NCBI GenBank assembly: GCA_050298055.1
Contig: JBNKTL010000014.1
Span: 10,791 to 73,186 of the forward strand
Direction: 5' to 3'
DNA length: 62,396 nt
Origin: Spirochaetota bacterium
GTDB taxonomy: Bacteria > Spirochaetota > UBA4802 > UBA5550
The notes under the pieces: model-generated
The model's database searches: none
Seen by the model: only the letters and a program-made list of their open reading frames with translations
Told to the model about the DNA's origin: nothing
Shown: piece after piece, positions 1 to 9,841 of the stretch
Numbering within the stretch: the first letter of the stretch is position 1
Layout of the letters: every line of letters begins with the position of its first letter
Made by a program: the position numbers and the translations under genes

Positions 1-513
1 GATACCGTCATTTACCAGTAATATGGAGTTTTTAATAAAACCGATGGGATTTGTCAGGTCGTGGCAGAGTACATGGAGCAGCTCCTTTTTTTCCCTGTTC
101 AGGTCTTCCAGTTCCAGCATGCTCATGCGGAGTGAAAGCTGTGTCCTGACCCTGGCCTTCACCTCAACTGAACTGAAGGGTTTTGTGATATAGTCAACGG
201 CGCCCAGTTCAAAACCCTTGAGGATGTCATCAATTTCGGTTTTCGCGGAGAGAAATATCACGGGGATATCTTCGGTTTCCGGGTTCTTCTTCAGCCTCCT
301 GCAGGTTTCAAATCCGTCAAGTTCGGGCATCATGATGTCCAGAAGGATAAGGTGGGGAACGGTCATTTTCGAAAAGTTCAGTGCTTCCCTGCCGTTCCGT
401 GCCACTGCAATTTCACAATCCTCCTCCATCAGGAGGCTCGCAAGTACCTGCAGGTTGCTGTCATTGTCATCCACTATCAGGATAAGCGGGGTTTCACTCT
501 TTTCTGAATTCAT
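1..513 (-). CDS. Response regulator receiver fused to histidine kinase (hybrid), truncated at window edge
   Basis: My translation from ATG at 513: MNSEKSETPLILIVDDNDSNLQVL...LILLDIMMPELDG...AVDYITKPF (receiver), then H-box LHVLCHDLTNP. Not in ORF track because it runs off the window. Confidence 0.9.
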   Translation of the reverse strand, partial: MNSEKSETPLILIVDDNDSNLQVLASLLMEEDCEIAVARNGREALNFSKMTVPHLILLDIMMPELDGFETCRRLKKNPETEDIPVIFLSAKTEIDDILKGFELGAVDYITKPFSSVEVKARVRTQLSLRMSMLELEDLNREKKELLHVLCHDLTNPIGFIKNSILLVNDGI

Positions 514-521
514 ATTCTCTG

Positions 522-2717
522 TCACGTTTTTTTGCCTGACTGTTTTTTCAAACTCTCTATGAGAAGAGGGTACTTCCTGACTGTTTCCCTGGCCCTGTTA
601 AAATCAAGGGCTTGCAGATTCATTTCCAGTTCTTCACCCCATTCTGCGATGAGACTCCGGTTATATTCCCGGCCGAGCCGGGCCATCTCCCGGGAAAAAG
701 CAATGCCCTGTTTCACCATGATCCCTCTGTCAAGGTTCTGCCATTTTAAAAACAGCTCGCCTTCCAGTTTCTTTAAAAGTTCGGCTCTCTCATTGAATTC
801 ATCTCCTGTTCCGGATTTTTCTTTGATGAGCGGGGCTGTACCCGGCCCGTTCTCTCTTCTGTCTCCTTTTTTGAGCATGCGGGAGAGGGTAGAGCGGAGC
901 ATGCTCCCCGTTACCGGTTTTTTCAGAAAGAGAGTGAACTTGTCCGGTTTTTCCTTTTCGTTTTCGGAAAGGCCGGATGCGGAGAGTGCGATTATCGGCG
1001 TGTCTTTCAGCTTTTCATTGCTTCTGATTGTCTTTATTGTCTCGTACCCGTTCATCAGCGGCATATTCAGATCTATGATTACCAGGTCAGGTTGAGTTGT
1101 TACGGTAAGGTCAACTGCCTGCTTGCCGTTTTCAGCTTCATAAAGCATGAGTCCCCGGGTTTGCAGCTGTTGTTTGATGATCTCCCTGTTAGTGAAATTA
1201 TCATCTACAATAAAGACCCTGGTCCCCCTGAATATCTCCCCGGGGTCTTCGCCGAACTCCTCGCTCTCATTACCATTATCTGTGACCGAAGCTGTCTCCA
1301 CATCCTTAAAAGTAACAGTGAAAGTACTCCCCCCTCCCCGGGAACTTGTAACCCTGATATCCCCATTCATGGCCCTGATGATCTTCCTGCTTATTGAGAG
1401 CCCGAGACCGGTCCCGCCATATTCTGTCTGTGACTGCCCCTCCTGCTGTGTAAAGGGCTCAAATATTGATTCAAGTTCACTTTCGGCTATCCCCATGCCC
1501 GTGTCCTCCACCGTGAAGAGAAGACCGCATCTGCCTGTCTGGTTCTCCCGGGATATGATTTTTGCTGAAAGCTTCACGCGGCCCTTATGAGTAAATTTTA
1601 CCGCGTTGCCCACAAGGTTGATGAATACCTGTTTTATCTTTATCCTGTCCAGAAGGAGGCCGCTTGGAAGATCGGGGTCAATATCCGTAATAAACTCCAG
1701 TCCTTTCTCCGAGACTTTAAGAGAGAAAATTGCCTTTATCTCTTGAAAAAGGTTTTTCAGGTTTACCGGTCCGTAATTCAGTTCCATTTTTCCCGATTCG
1801 ATCCGGGAAATGTCAAGGATATCGTTGAGGATTTCCATGAGTGAGCTTCCGCTTGTCTTGATAATGGAAAGGCTGTTCTGTTGTTGTTTATTGCCGGAGT
1901 CCCTGAGAAGTATATCCGAGAACCCCAGTATGGCATTCAGGGGTGTTCTTATTTCGTGGGAGAGGTTTGCCAGGAACCTGCTTTTGGCCCTGTTTGCGGC
2001 TTCGGCCTCGATCCTGGCCTCTACCAGGTTTGCCTGGAAGCGCTGGATCTTTGTCCCGAAAAAAACGATCAGGACTCCTCCCGCAAGAGCAAAGATAATG
2101 TGGCTGACCACCAGGGGCATGCTGTCGGGTATTTTAATATTCGGAATGGTAACACTGATCCCCCCCCTGATGTCACCCGGCTTATACCCCTGTTCCGCGT
2201 GGCACGTGAGGCAGGGCTCCTTAACAATGAGGGGGGCCATATACCTGTAGGTCAGCCTCCCGCCGTCCATTATAAATTCACCAAATTCGGAGGTCCCCCC
2301 CTCAAATTTATTCAATGCAGCTGTTTCCCATTCATTTGCCTTATTAGCGGGCCTTATGGGATTGAGGCTGGTGATGTGAAATTTCACACCCTTTTCCGTT
2401 TCTTCAATCTCCGCTATCTGTCTTGTCATATAGGCGGGATTTATCTTGGTGAGTTTTATTCCCGATGTTGATACCAGGTCTCTCTGTTTGTCTTTCAGGT
2501 AGGGATTGGGCTGTGTTTTCTCTGTCACAGGAACATATACGCCCCCATGTCCCGCGTTCCAGGACCTGGTTATGACTATCTGATGAAAAAAAACCTGCGC
2601 GCTTTCATGGACGGTTCTCCTGTGGTTTTTTTCATCAACGGTGACGTTCCATGTGAGGGATATGCCGATTATTATCATCCAGGTCAGACAGGCATATGCG
2701 ATATATCTTCCCTTCAT
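522..2717 (-). CDS. Hybrid sensor histidine kinase with periplasmic DUF3365/Tll0287-like heme-c domain, HisKA, HATPase and receiver
   Basis: Two TM segments flank a domain with HGGVYV...INPAYM...CLTCH (CxxCH); FLANLSHEIRTPLN H-box; GGTGLGL G-box; receiver IVDDN...IDLNMP. Confidence 0.9.
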   Translation of the reverse strand: MKGRYIAYACLTWMIIIGISLTWNVTVDEKNHRRTVHESAQVFFHQIVITRSWNAGHGGVYVPVTEKTQPNPYLKDKQRDLVSTSGIKLTKINPAYMTRQIAEIEETEKGVKFHITSLNPIRPANKANEWETAALNKFEGGTSEFGEFIMDGGRLTYRYMAPLIVKEPCLTCHAEQGYKPGDIRGGISVTIPNIKIPDSMPLVVSHIIFALAGGVLIVFFGTKIQRFQANLVEARIEAEAANRAKSRFLANLSHEIRTPLNAILGFSDILLRDSGNKQQQNSLSIIKTSGSSLMEILNDILDISRIESGKMELNYGPVNLKNLFQEIKAIFSLKVSEKGLEFITDIDPDLPSGLLLDRIKIKQVFINLVGNAVKFTHKGRVKLSAKIISRENQTGRCGLLFTVEDTGMGIAESELESIFEPFTQQEGQSQTEYGGTGLGLSISRKIIRAMNGDIRVTSSRGGGSTFTVTFKDVETASVTDNGNESEEFGEDPGEIFRGTRVFIVDDNFTNREIIKQQLQTRGLMLYEAENGKQAVDLTVTTQPDLVIIDLNMPLMNGYETIKTIRSNEKLKDTPIIALSASGLSENEKEKPDKFTLFLKKPVTGSMLRSTLSRMLKKGDRRENGPGTAPLIKEKSGTGDEFNERAELLKKLEGELFLKWQNLDRGIMVKQGIAFSREMARLGREYNRSLIAEWGEELEMNLQALDFNRARETVRKYPLLIESLKKQSGKKT

Positions 2718-2812
2718 CTATTAACCTGTGCCAGTAACATCAGTTTCAGGTTATAACAGTTTCCGGTTTTAGTCAAGTTAAAAGAATGCATTTTCCGGTT
2801 TGGAATGAGTAC

Positions 2813-5077
2813 TCAGAGGTTCTTGATAAGGAGGACCTGGTTCCCCTTTTTATTATACTCAATTCTGTCAAAAATGTTCTTTGCCATAAGTATGCCCCGT
2901 CCGTGCGACCTCATTTCGATATTGGCCTTATTGGCATTTTCAAATACATTTCGGAAATCAAATCCATTGCCTTCGTCTTCAATCCTGTACTGTACCCTGC
3001 TGCTGTCAATTTTATATTCAATTTTGACCTTCCTGTTCCTGAGCGAAGGGTCTTGCTGTCTCAGGGAAAAAAGTTCAAAAAACGTACCCTCCTCCATGGC
3101 TTTGTTCTTTTCATCATAAGAGATCTCCAGGTTCCCATGTTCAATGGCGTTGACGATTATTTCCCTCACTGCGATTCTGATGACATCAATAGACCGCTGT
3201 TCCATATATTTCAGGAGATTTTTTGTAATACGGTGGCTTATCTCATCGGCAATGATGAGAAAGTTCCCTATTTCAAAGCTTTGTCTTCCCGATATAAAGC
3301 ATTTAACAAGGGAATCTTCAATGATTCTGGTAGCCATGCCGAGAATTTCATTTTTCCCTTCCACATTTATATGCTCGAGACGTACATGCATCTCCTGCGA
3401 TTCCGCCTTTAACCAGGACCGGAATTCCGCTGTAAACTGGACCGGGATCCTTTTTTCAATGAGGAGGTCGATCTTTTCCCTGATCAACTGCAGGGAAATG
3501 GTCTTTCCCTTATGGCTGTTTATGAAAAGGTCCATGAAACTCTTCTCACGGAGTTCCCGGTCATCAACATCCAGGACCCTTTTAAGAGACCTGTTGGCAG
3601 AGATGAACATGAGGTTTTCATCAAGGGAAAATATCATGTCGTTTGAACCTTCAACCAGCGTCCTGTATTTTTCTTCCGACAGGGTAATGGACATGTTGGC
3701 GCTGTTAAGGTCCTCAATTTTCCTGGTGAGGGATATGTTCAGCGATTCAATCTTCTTCAGCATGAAGAGTAGCCTGTTTGAGAGGTTCTGCCCGATCCCC
3801 GTTATAAAGAAGAAAAATCCGTACTTCGATGCCATGAAACCATAGTTAAAATAGATTGAATCCATGAGGTCGAATACCACGCAGCCTGTAACGATAAAAA
3901 TTCCGATGACCAGGTTCCCCTCAACAGTTTTACCCAGTGTATGGAAAAGAGTCTTAAAAAATATCCTGAACCTCTTCTCTCCCTCCGTACCGGCATATCT
4001 TACCCTTGTCCTGTTAAAGAAGGTGAGGCCGATATCCATAATAGCGTAATAGAGTAAGGGGACCAGTGCCGTGAACTGCCATATCCTCAGAACATCGAAG
4101 GAGAATGCCAGGGGAGTGAAGAGTGTCAATACGATAAGGAGAATTGCGAAGAGGCTGTATATCCTTGTGAATCTCCTCACCCTTTTGAATATAATCAGTT
4201 CGATAAATGAACCGAAAAGAGGTGCCAGGGTATAAAGAACAATAAACTCAAGTTTTGTAATAATAAACGGATTGGATAATACCGTATAAATACTCCTTGT
4301 CTTTGAAAAGATATAGAGGAAGTATGCCATGGATGCCAGGCTGAAAAAGAGGTAGTGCGGTTCTTTCCCGCTGTTGATATAGAGGAAGAGGTTATAGATC
4401 CCGAAACTCAGGTAGATAAAGATAAGTACCAGGGTAATGACTTCTGATCTCTCGCTGTCCAGTGTCTGGTAATCATCAATGACGATCCTGTTCCTGTAGA
4501 ACCCGGTTATGGGATTGGCGGGATTTCCCCTGATTCTGAATGCGGCAATATTGTTTTCCTTTTTCAGGAAATGGGGGTCCATATAGGTCAGGATTTTCCT
4601 GAGGCTTCTCTCTCTCTTTGAACTCCTTTTTTCACTTTCATTGAAGTTATGGAGGATCTGTCTGCCGTTTATGTAGACCTCCCACTTCACTCCCATGTCC
4701 TGAATATAGATCCCGGGGAAACCGGGAAAACTGGTGCCGGTTTTAAAGGGAAAAAGGAAGGTGAAATCCTCCTCCTTGAAGGTCTTCAGGGAAAAGATCC
4801 CCCTTCCGGGAACACCCTCTATGCCGAGGTCTTTAACGCGGAATGACCGCATCTTCTCCGGTGATTCTATCTTCAGCCACTCCTTGCCTTCGGGCATCTT
4901 CTCAGTCCAGCTCCGGTCAAAGCCCCTTCGTACATAGACGTCACCCCGGTTGAGGTTGATCGGCTTTGAAAAGAGTGCAGTATCAGGATAAAGAAAAATG
5001 ACAAGGAGGATGATCAGTGATCTGAAAAAAAGGAAGATGCTTCTCTTTTTTATTTTTGAATTTGATTTCTTAAACAT
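2813..5077 (-). CDS. 7TM-DISM-type membrane sensor with PAS and C-terminal HATPase_c_2 (RsbW/anti-sigma kinase-like) domain
   Basis: Extracellular beta domain (KWEVYING), about 7 TM helices, PAS (EEKYRTLVEGSNDMIF), then REIIVNAIEHGN...IEDEGNGFD...HGRGILM; no H-box seen. Confidence 0.75.
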   Translation of the reverse strand: MFKKSNSKIKKRSIFLFFRSLIILLVIFLYPDTALFSKPINLNRGDVYVRRGFDRSWTEKMPEGKEWLKIESPEKMRSFRVKDLGIEGVPGRGIFSLKTFKEEDFTFLFPFKTGTSFPGFPGIYIQDMGVKWEVYINGRQILHNFNESEKRSSKRERSLRKILTYMDPHFLKKENNIAAFRIRGNPANPITGFYRNRIVIDDYQTLDSERSEVITLVLIFIYLSFGIYNLFLYINSGKEPHYLFFSLASMAYFLYIFSKTRSIYTVLSNPFIITKLEFIVLYTLAPLFGSFIELIIFKRVRRFTRIYSLFAILLIVLTLFTPLAFSFDVLRIWQFTALVPLLYYAIMDIGLTFFNRTRVRYAGTEGEKRFRIFFKTLFHTLGKTVEGNLVIGIFIVTGCVVFDLMDSIYFNYGFMASKYGFFFFITGIGQNLSNRLLFMLKKIESLNISLTRKIEDLNSANMSITLSEEKYRTLVEGSNDMIFSLDENLMFISANRSLKRVLDVDDRELREKSFMDLFINSHKGKTISLQLIREKIDLLIEKRIPVQFTAEFRSWLKAESQEMHVRLEHINVEGKNEILGMATRIIEDSLVKCFISGRQSFEIGNFLIIADEISHRITKNLLKYMEQRSIDVIRIAVREIIVNAIEHGNLEISYDEKNKAMEEGTFFELFSLRQQDPSLRNRKVKIEYKIDSSRVQYRIEDEGNGFDFRNVFENANKANIEMRSHGRGILMAKNIFDRIEYNKKGNQVLLIKNL

Positions 5078-5146
5078 CGGTTTTTTCAGTAAAAATACAA
5101 GCTTCCTCTTCCTTTATGGAACTACGCATCCTGGCAGTTAAATATT

Positions 5147-5233
5147 TTAACCGCAAAGGGCGCAAAGGGCGCAAAGTTTTTTTAATTTCTTTTCTCTTTC
5201 TTTCTTTGCGAACTTGGCGTCTTAGCGGTTCAA
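5147..5233. repeat. Imperfect palindromic intergenic repeat (aaccgcaaag-ggcgcaaag ... ctttgcg...ttagcggtt)
   Basis: Tandem 9-mer (g)cgcaaagg units on the left arm, reverse-complement-like units on the right arm, T-rich spacer. Confidence 0.7.
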
Positions 5234-5354
5234 AACTCTTCTCTTTCTATTATTTTTCCATAATTGTTTTGGAGTCAATGTTTTTTTATTGAGGCAGGTT
5301 AATCTCAAAATGCAAAAAAACCGGAAAATAATGCAGGCTCCGGGCAAAAACAGT

Positions 5355-6047
5355 TCAAAAAAGTTGAGAGAATTGAGACAGCTTTTTGTGATCAATTTCC
5401 TCAATTTTATCAGGATCAATTTTACCCATGTCAACCAGAGGGGCGCTGAAGCCGTACTTATTCATGAAAAGACTGAAGATCTTCCGGGAATCATTCTCAA
5501 TTTCCGGCCTTTCCCGGGGAAAAGTATTGTAGATCACTCCCCGGAGGCTGATGTCCCTGGACTTCAGCGCCTCCAGGGAAAGAAGGGTATGGTTGATGCC
5601 GCCCAGTTTTGATGAGGTCACCAGGATGACCGGGTAGTTGTTTTCATGAATATGGTCCAGCAGGGTATACGTCCCGGCCAGGGGGACAAGAAGGCCCCCC
5701 GTACCCTCAACGATGACATATTCGTACCGGGAGGCAAGTTCTTCGGTGGCTTTAACAAGATTTTCTTTCCGGATACTCTTCTTCTCAAGGGCCGCCGAGA
5801 GGTGAGGGGAGGCGGGAAAGGCGAATATCTCCGGGCAGGTGAGGCCCTTCCTGTCATCATCGGTCAGCCCGGTCCCCATTATCTTCCTGTGCAGCCTGAT
5901 CTCTTCCGATTCGTTAACATTTCCCGTCTCAACCAGTTTCTGGGTAATCACGCTCTTCTTCCTCTCCATGAGGGACCTGGCAATGAGACCGGTGGCGCAG
6001 CTCTTCCCGATACCCGTATCCGTCCCTGTTACACAGATGACCGCCAT
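5355..6047 (-). CDS. bioD: Dethiobiotin synthase
   Basis: VTGTDTGIGKS P-loop, ASPHLSA, IVEGTGGLLVP, LGGINHTLL. Confidence 0.95.
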   Translation of the reverse strand: MAVICVTGTDTGIGKSCATGLIARSLMERKKSVITQKLVETGNVNESEEIRLHRKIMGTGLTDDDRKGLTCPEIFAFPASPHLSAALEKKSIRKENLVKATEELASRYEYVIVEGTGGLLVPLAGTYTLLDHIHENNYPVILVTSSKLGGINHTLLSLEALKSRDISLRGVIYNTFPRERPEIENDSRKIFSLFMNKYGFSAPLVDMGKIDPDKIEEIDHKKLSQFSQLF

Positions 6048-6052
6048 CTCAA

Positions 6053-7273
6053 TTACCCGCTTTCCTTTTCAGTTTCGGATATGATGCCGGGTATCTCCTC
6101 CACGTCTTCCCGGTCAATGGCCGATGTGAGGGATATCCTGATCCGGGAGCTTCCTTCGGGGACAGAGGGGGGCCTGATGGGAAAGAGGAGATAGCCCTCC
6201 TTCTGCAGTCTCTCCGAGGTCTTTACGGTCCTCTCGTTGCTTCCTGTTATTACCGGGATGATCTGGCTCTCTCCCCTGGTGTTAAGACCCCGGGACCTGA
6301 GCTTCTCCCTCAGGGCAGCGGCCGTACTCATCAGTTTTTCTCTCCTGCTGTTGTATTTCCCGAGACTTTTTATGACCCGGAGGTTCCAGTTGATGACAAC
6401 AGGGGGGAGGGCAGTGGTAAAGATGAGGGTCCTCATCCGGTTTACCAGGTACTCCCTGAGTGTTCTGTGGAGAAGGGCGAAGGCACCCATTGATCCCAGG
6501 GCCTTGCCGAAGGTGGCAACCAGGATGTCAATATCAGGCACCTTCTCTTTTTCGCATATTCCCAGCCCCCTCTCCCCGAAGACGCCTACCGCGTGGGCCT
6601 CGTCAATGTAGAGCATTGCCCCGTGCTTCTTTTTTATCTCGCACATGAGCCTGAGGTCAGCCATGTCCCCGTCCATGCTGAAAAGAGATTCCGAAACGAT
6701 AAGGACGTTCCTGTATTCCCTGCGTTTTCTTCCCAGGAGTTCTTCCAGGTGGTGGTAGTCCCTGTGCCGGAATGTTGAGTAGTCCGCTCTGGAGAGTCTC
6801 ACCCCGTCGATGATGCTGGCGTGGTTGAGACTGTCCGAGAGAATAAGGTCTCCTTTCCCGGCCAGTGACGATATGATGCCCGTGTTGGCATGGTACCCGC
6901 TGTTGAATACCAGGGCTTCCTTCCGGTTCTCTCCTTTTCCCGCGATGCTGCCGTAGGCCCCTGCGATCTCCTCCTCCAGTTCCCTGTACGCGGGAAAGTC
7001 CCCGGTGAGGAGACGTGATGAGGTGCTTCCCGGGCCGTAAGTTCCTATAATATCGATTTCTTTTTCAATATCCCTGTAGAAATCCTTTACCAGGGAGCTT
7101 TCGGTGGCAAGACCCAGGTAGTCGTTGGAGGAGAGGTTGATAAATTGTCTGCCCCGGTATTCAACATGTTTCCCGTTCCTGTTTTTTACGGTCTTCAGGA
7201 ACCGGAGAGACCCTGTCTTTTCTATCTCATCAAGGGCCTCCCGGTAGTGCCGGTAGATACGGTCCTCTTCCAT
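6053..7273 (-). CDS. bioF: 8-amino-7-oxononanoate synthase
   Basis: NLSSNDYLGL, NHASIIDG, ESLFSMDGD, IDEAHAVG, TFGKALG (PLP Lys), IRPPSVP. Confidence 0.95.
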   Translation of the reverse strand: MEEDRIYRHYREALDEIEKTGSLRFLKTVKNRNGKHVEYRGRQFINLSSNDYLGLATESSLVKDFYRDIEKEIDIIGTYGPGSTSSRLLTGDFPAYRELEEEIAGAYGSIAGKGENRKEALVFNSGYHANTGIISSLAGKGDLILSDSLNHASIIDGVRLSRADYSTFRHRDYHHLEELLGRKRREYRNVLIVSESLFSMDGDMADLRLMCEIKKKHGAMLYIDEAHAVGVFGERGLGICEKEKVPDIDILVATFGKALGSMGAFALLHRTLREYLVNRMRTLIFTTALPPVVINWNLRVIKSLGKYNSRREKLMSTAAALREKLRSRGLNTRGESQIIPVITGSNERTVKTSERLQKEGYLLFPIRPPSVPEGSSRIRISLTSAIDREDVEEIPGIISETEKESG

Positions 7274-8572
7274 CTATCCCCCTCCCTCTTCCTTCAAGGA
7301 TTCATAGATGGCCCCGGTGAGGAGCGATGTTTCCCCGGGATTGATGATATAGGGCGGCATGATATAGATCAGCCTGCCGAAGGGCCTTATCCATACGCCC
7401 TTTTCCACAAACCGGCCGGTTATTGACTCCATGTTCACGGGATCATGAAGTTCAACCACGCCGATGGCCCCCAGTACCCGCACATCCTTCACGGAACCGA
7501 GGTCCCTGCATTTTTCAAGTTCGGAACTCAGCTGTGATTCAATATTCCCAATCTTTTCTTCAAGATCGTATGAAAGGAGGAGGTCTATGCTGGCTGAAGA
7601 TACCGCGCATGCTAACGGGTTCCCCATGAATGTGGGGCCGTGCATGAACACGCCCGAGGGCCCCCGGGATATTGTTTCGCTTATTTCAGCGGTGCAGAGT
7701 GTGGCCGCAAGAGTCATATATCCCCCCGTCATGGCCTTGCCCAGGCAGAGGATATCGGGTACCGCGGAAGAATGCTCAAGGGCGAAGAGCTTCCCGCTTC
7801 TTCCGAAGCCGGTGGCGATCTCGTCAAACACCAGGAGCAGCCCGTACCTGTCACAGAGCTCCCGGGCCCGGTTGAGGTACTCCGGTGAGTAGAACCTCAT
7901 CCCTCCCGCCCCCTGGACAACAGGTTCAAGGATCAGGGCGGCAATCTCATCATGGTGCTTTTCCATGATCTCCTTCAAGGGAGCAGTATCAGCCTCGTTA
8001 AAATCATCTTTGAAACCCGATTCCGGCGCTTCCGCGAAAAAATGCCTGGTGAGAATATGGCCGAACATCCCGTGCATTCCGGTTACCGGGTCGCAGACAG
8101 ACATGGCCTGGAAGGTGTCCCCGTGGTATCCTTTTTTTATGGTAAGGAGTTTACACTTTTGCGGCTTTCCCCTTGAGATCCAGTACTGGTATGCCATCTT
8201 TATGGCGACCTCAACCGATACGGACCCCGAATCGCTGAAAAAAACTTTCTCCAGTGAAGGAGGAGTCAGACCGACCAGCCGTGACGCGAGCTCTGCCGCG
8301 GGGCGGTGAGTGAGACCGCCGAACATCACGTGAGACATCCGGCCCAGCTGATCCTCCAGGGCCCTGTTCAGGGCCGGGTGGTTGTAGCCGTGTATTGCCG
8401 TCCACCATGATGACATACCGTCAACCAGTTCCCTCCCGTCGCTCAGCCTGAGCCTGACTCCCGAGGCGGACTCCACCATCCTCACCGGAAGGGGAGAGGT
8501 CAGGGAAGTGTAGGGGTGCCAGATATGCTCCCTGTCGAAATCGATAATATCAGCGGGGGAAAGGGGTGTCAT
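7274..8572 (-). CDS. bioA: Adenosylmethionine-8-amino-7-oxononanoate aminotransferase
   Basis: [57 protein letters not shown]; start set at ATG 8572 (MTPLSP) to avoid overlap with bioB. Confidence 0.95.
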   Translation of the reverse strand: MTPLSPADIIDFDREHIWHPYTSLTSPLPVRMVESASGVRLRLSDGRELVDGMSSWWTAIHGYNHPALNRALEDQLGRMSHVMFGGLTHRPAAELASRLVGLTPPSLEKVFFSDSGSVSVEVAIKMAYQYWISRGKPQKCKLLTIKKGYHGDTFQAMSVCDPVTGMHGMFGHILTRHFFAEAPESGFKDDFNEADTAPLKEIMEKHHDEIAALILEPVVQGAGGMRFYSPEYLNRARELCDRYGLLLVFDEIATGFGRSGKLFALEHSSAVPDILCLGKAMTGGYMTLAATLCTAEISETISRGPSGVFMHGPTFMGNPLACAVSSASIDLLLSYDLEEKIGNIESQLSSELEKCRDLGSVKDVRVLGAIGVVELHDPVNMESITGRFVEKGVWIRPFGRLIYIMPPYIINPGETSLLTGAIYESLKEEGGG

Positions 8573-8582
8573 GGTAACCCTT

Positions 8583-9569
8583 TTATCCCCTGCCAAAACC
8601 TGCAAGCTGGTTCTGGAAACGGAAGTCGTCCTCAACGTCGCGGCCCCGGGTGGTGAGGTATCCCCCGGTGAGGAACCCGTTGGCGCCGGAGAGCATGAGG
8701 AGCCCCTGGAAGTCCTTCATCCGCGTCTCTCTCCCCGCGGCAAATTTAATGGTTTTCCGCGGGTTAATAAGACGGAAGAGGGCGAAGGTCTTGGCTATCT
8801 CCCATACGGGGACCTCTTCCTCTCCTTCAAGGGGAGTCCCTTCTATGGGGATAAGAACATTAAGAGGTATGACATCAACATCAAGGTCTCTCAGGGCCAG
8901 GGCAAGCTCTATCCTGTCATCCATTGTCTCTCCCAGCCCGATGATCCCCCCGGAGCAGACCTTCACTCCGAATTTTTTCAGTAATTTAATGGTGTCGGTC
9001 CTCTCATTCACAGTGTGTGTTGTCGAGATGAGCTCTCCATACCTGCGGGGATTTGTCTGTATGTTTATATTGTAGTGGGCGATCCTGTGTTTTGCAAGTT
9101 CCCCGGCTGTTTCATGGCCCAGGTTCCCGATGGATGCGCAGACTTTTTTGTCCGGGAACTTCTCATGAATGAGGTCAATGGCCGATATTATCTCCCTGAA
9201 CTCATCGTTTATCTCACTGTAACCGGTACCGCTTGTAACAATGCCGAAGCTCTCCACCCCGGTGGCGTAGGTCTCCCCGGCTTTTTTCAGTATGTCATTT
9301 TTATCCTTGAGATCAAAGATCTCGGCCCCGGTGGAGTGATGTGATGATTGTGAGCAGAACCTGCAGTCCTCGCTGCAGATACCCGATTTAGCGTTCATGA
9401 TGGTGCAGATGTGAGTGTTTCCCGAGAACCTGTTCTTTACCTTGTTGGCAAGGGAGAGCAGGTCCGGGATATCCTCTCCCTGAAGCTCTGAAAGGTTCCC
9501 GAGCAGTTCCCTTTTCAGGGTCTCGCCCTGCAAAACGGAGTAGGCTTTTTCAATATATGGATTGAGCAT
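8583..9569 (-). CDS. bioB: Biotin synthase (radical SAM)
   Basis: [17 protein letters not shown] (CxxxCxxC), [26 protein letters not shown]; first gene of the bio cluster. Confidence 0.95.
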   Translation of the reverse strand: MLNPYIEKAYSVLQGETLKRELLGNLSELQGEDIPDLLSLANKVKNRFSGNTHICTIMNAKSGICSEDCRFCSQSSHHSTGAEIFDLKDKNDILKKAGETYATGVESFGIVTSGTGYSEINDEFREIISAIDLIHEKFPDKKVCASIGNLGHETAGELAKHRIAHYNINIQTNPRRYGELISTTHTVNERTDTIKLLKKFGVKVCSGGIIGLGETMDDRIELALALRDLDVDVIPLNVLIPIEGTPLEGEEEVPVWEIAKTFALFRLINPRKTIKFAAGRETRMKDFQGLLMLSGANGFLTGGYLTTRGRDVEDDFRFQNQLAGFGRG

Positions 9570-9662
9570 CTTTTTCCTGTGAAAGTGTATGTTTTTCAGG
9601 ATTTGTCAATAAATCCTCTGTAAGAAGTCATTTGTGGATATTTGCAACAGATGTCAATAAGA

Positions 9663-9791
9663 AACCGCGGGGGGATGAGTTACAAGTTACAAGTTAAAAG
9701 TTTTGAGTTCTTCTGCTCTGTCATCATGAGGAACGCAGTGACGTAATGATCTGTTCCCCTCGATACAATTTGCCGCACTTTATAAAGAGCA
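9663..9791. repeat. Composite intergenic repeat, copy A (heptamer run plus gtcatcatgagg...-type element); homologous to 37330-37592
   Basis: 44-nt core gatctgttcccctcgatacaatttgcYgcactttataaagagca at 9748-9791 and 37460-37503 with one mismatch; agttaca heptamers at about 9678-9708. Confidence 0.85.
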
Positions 9792-9841
9792 TAATGCTCT
9801 GTATAAAAAAAGCGGCAAATTACTCGGGGAACATTCTTTTT

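Noticed and set aside
9570..9662. BirA operator upstream of bioB
   Set aside because: tgtcaa half-sites occur but with no properly spaced inverted partner.
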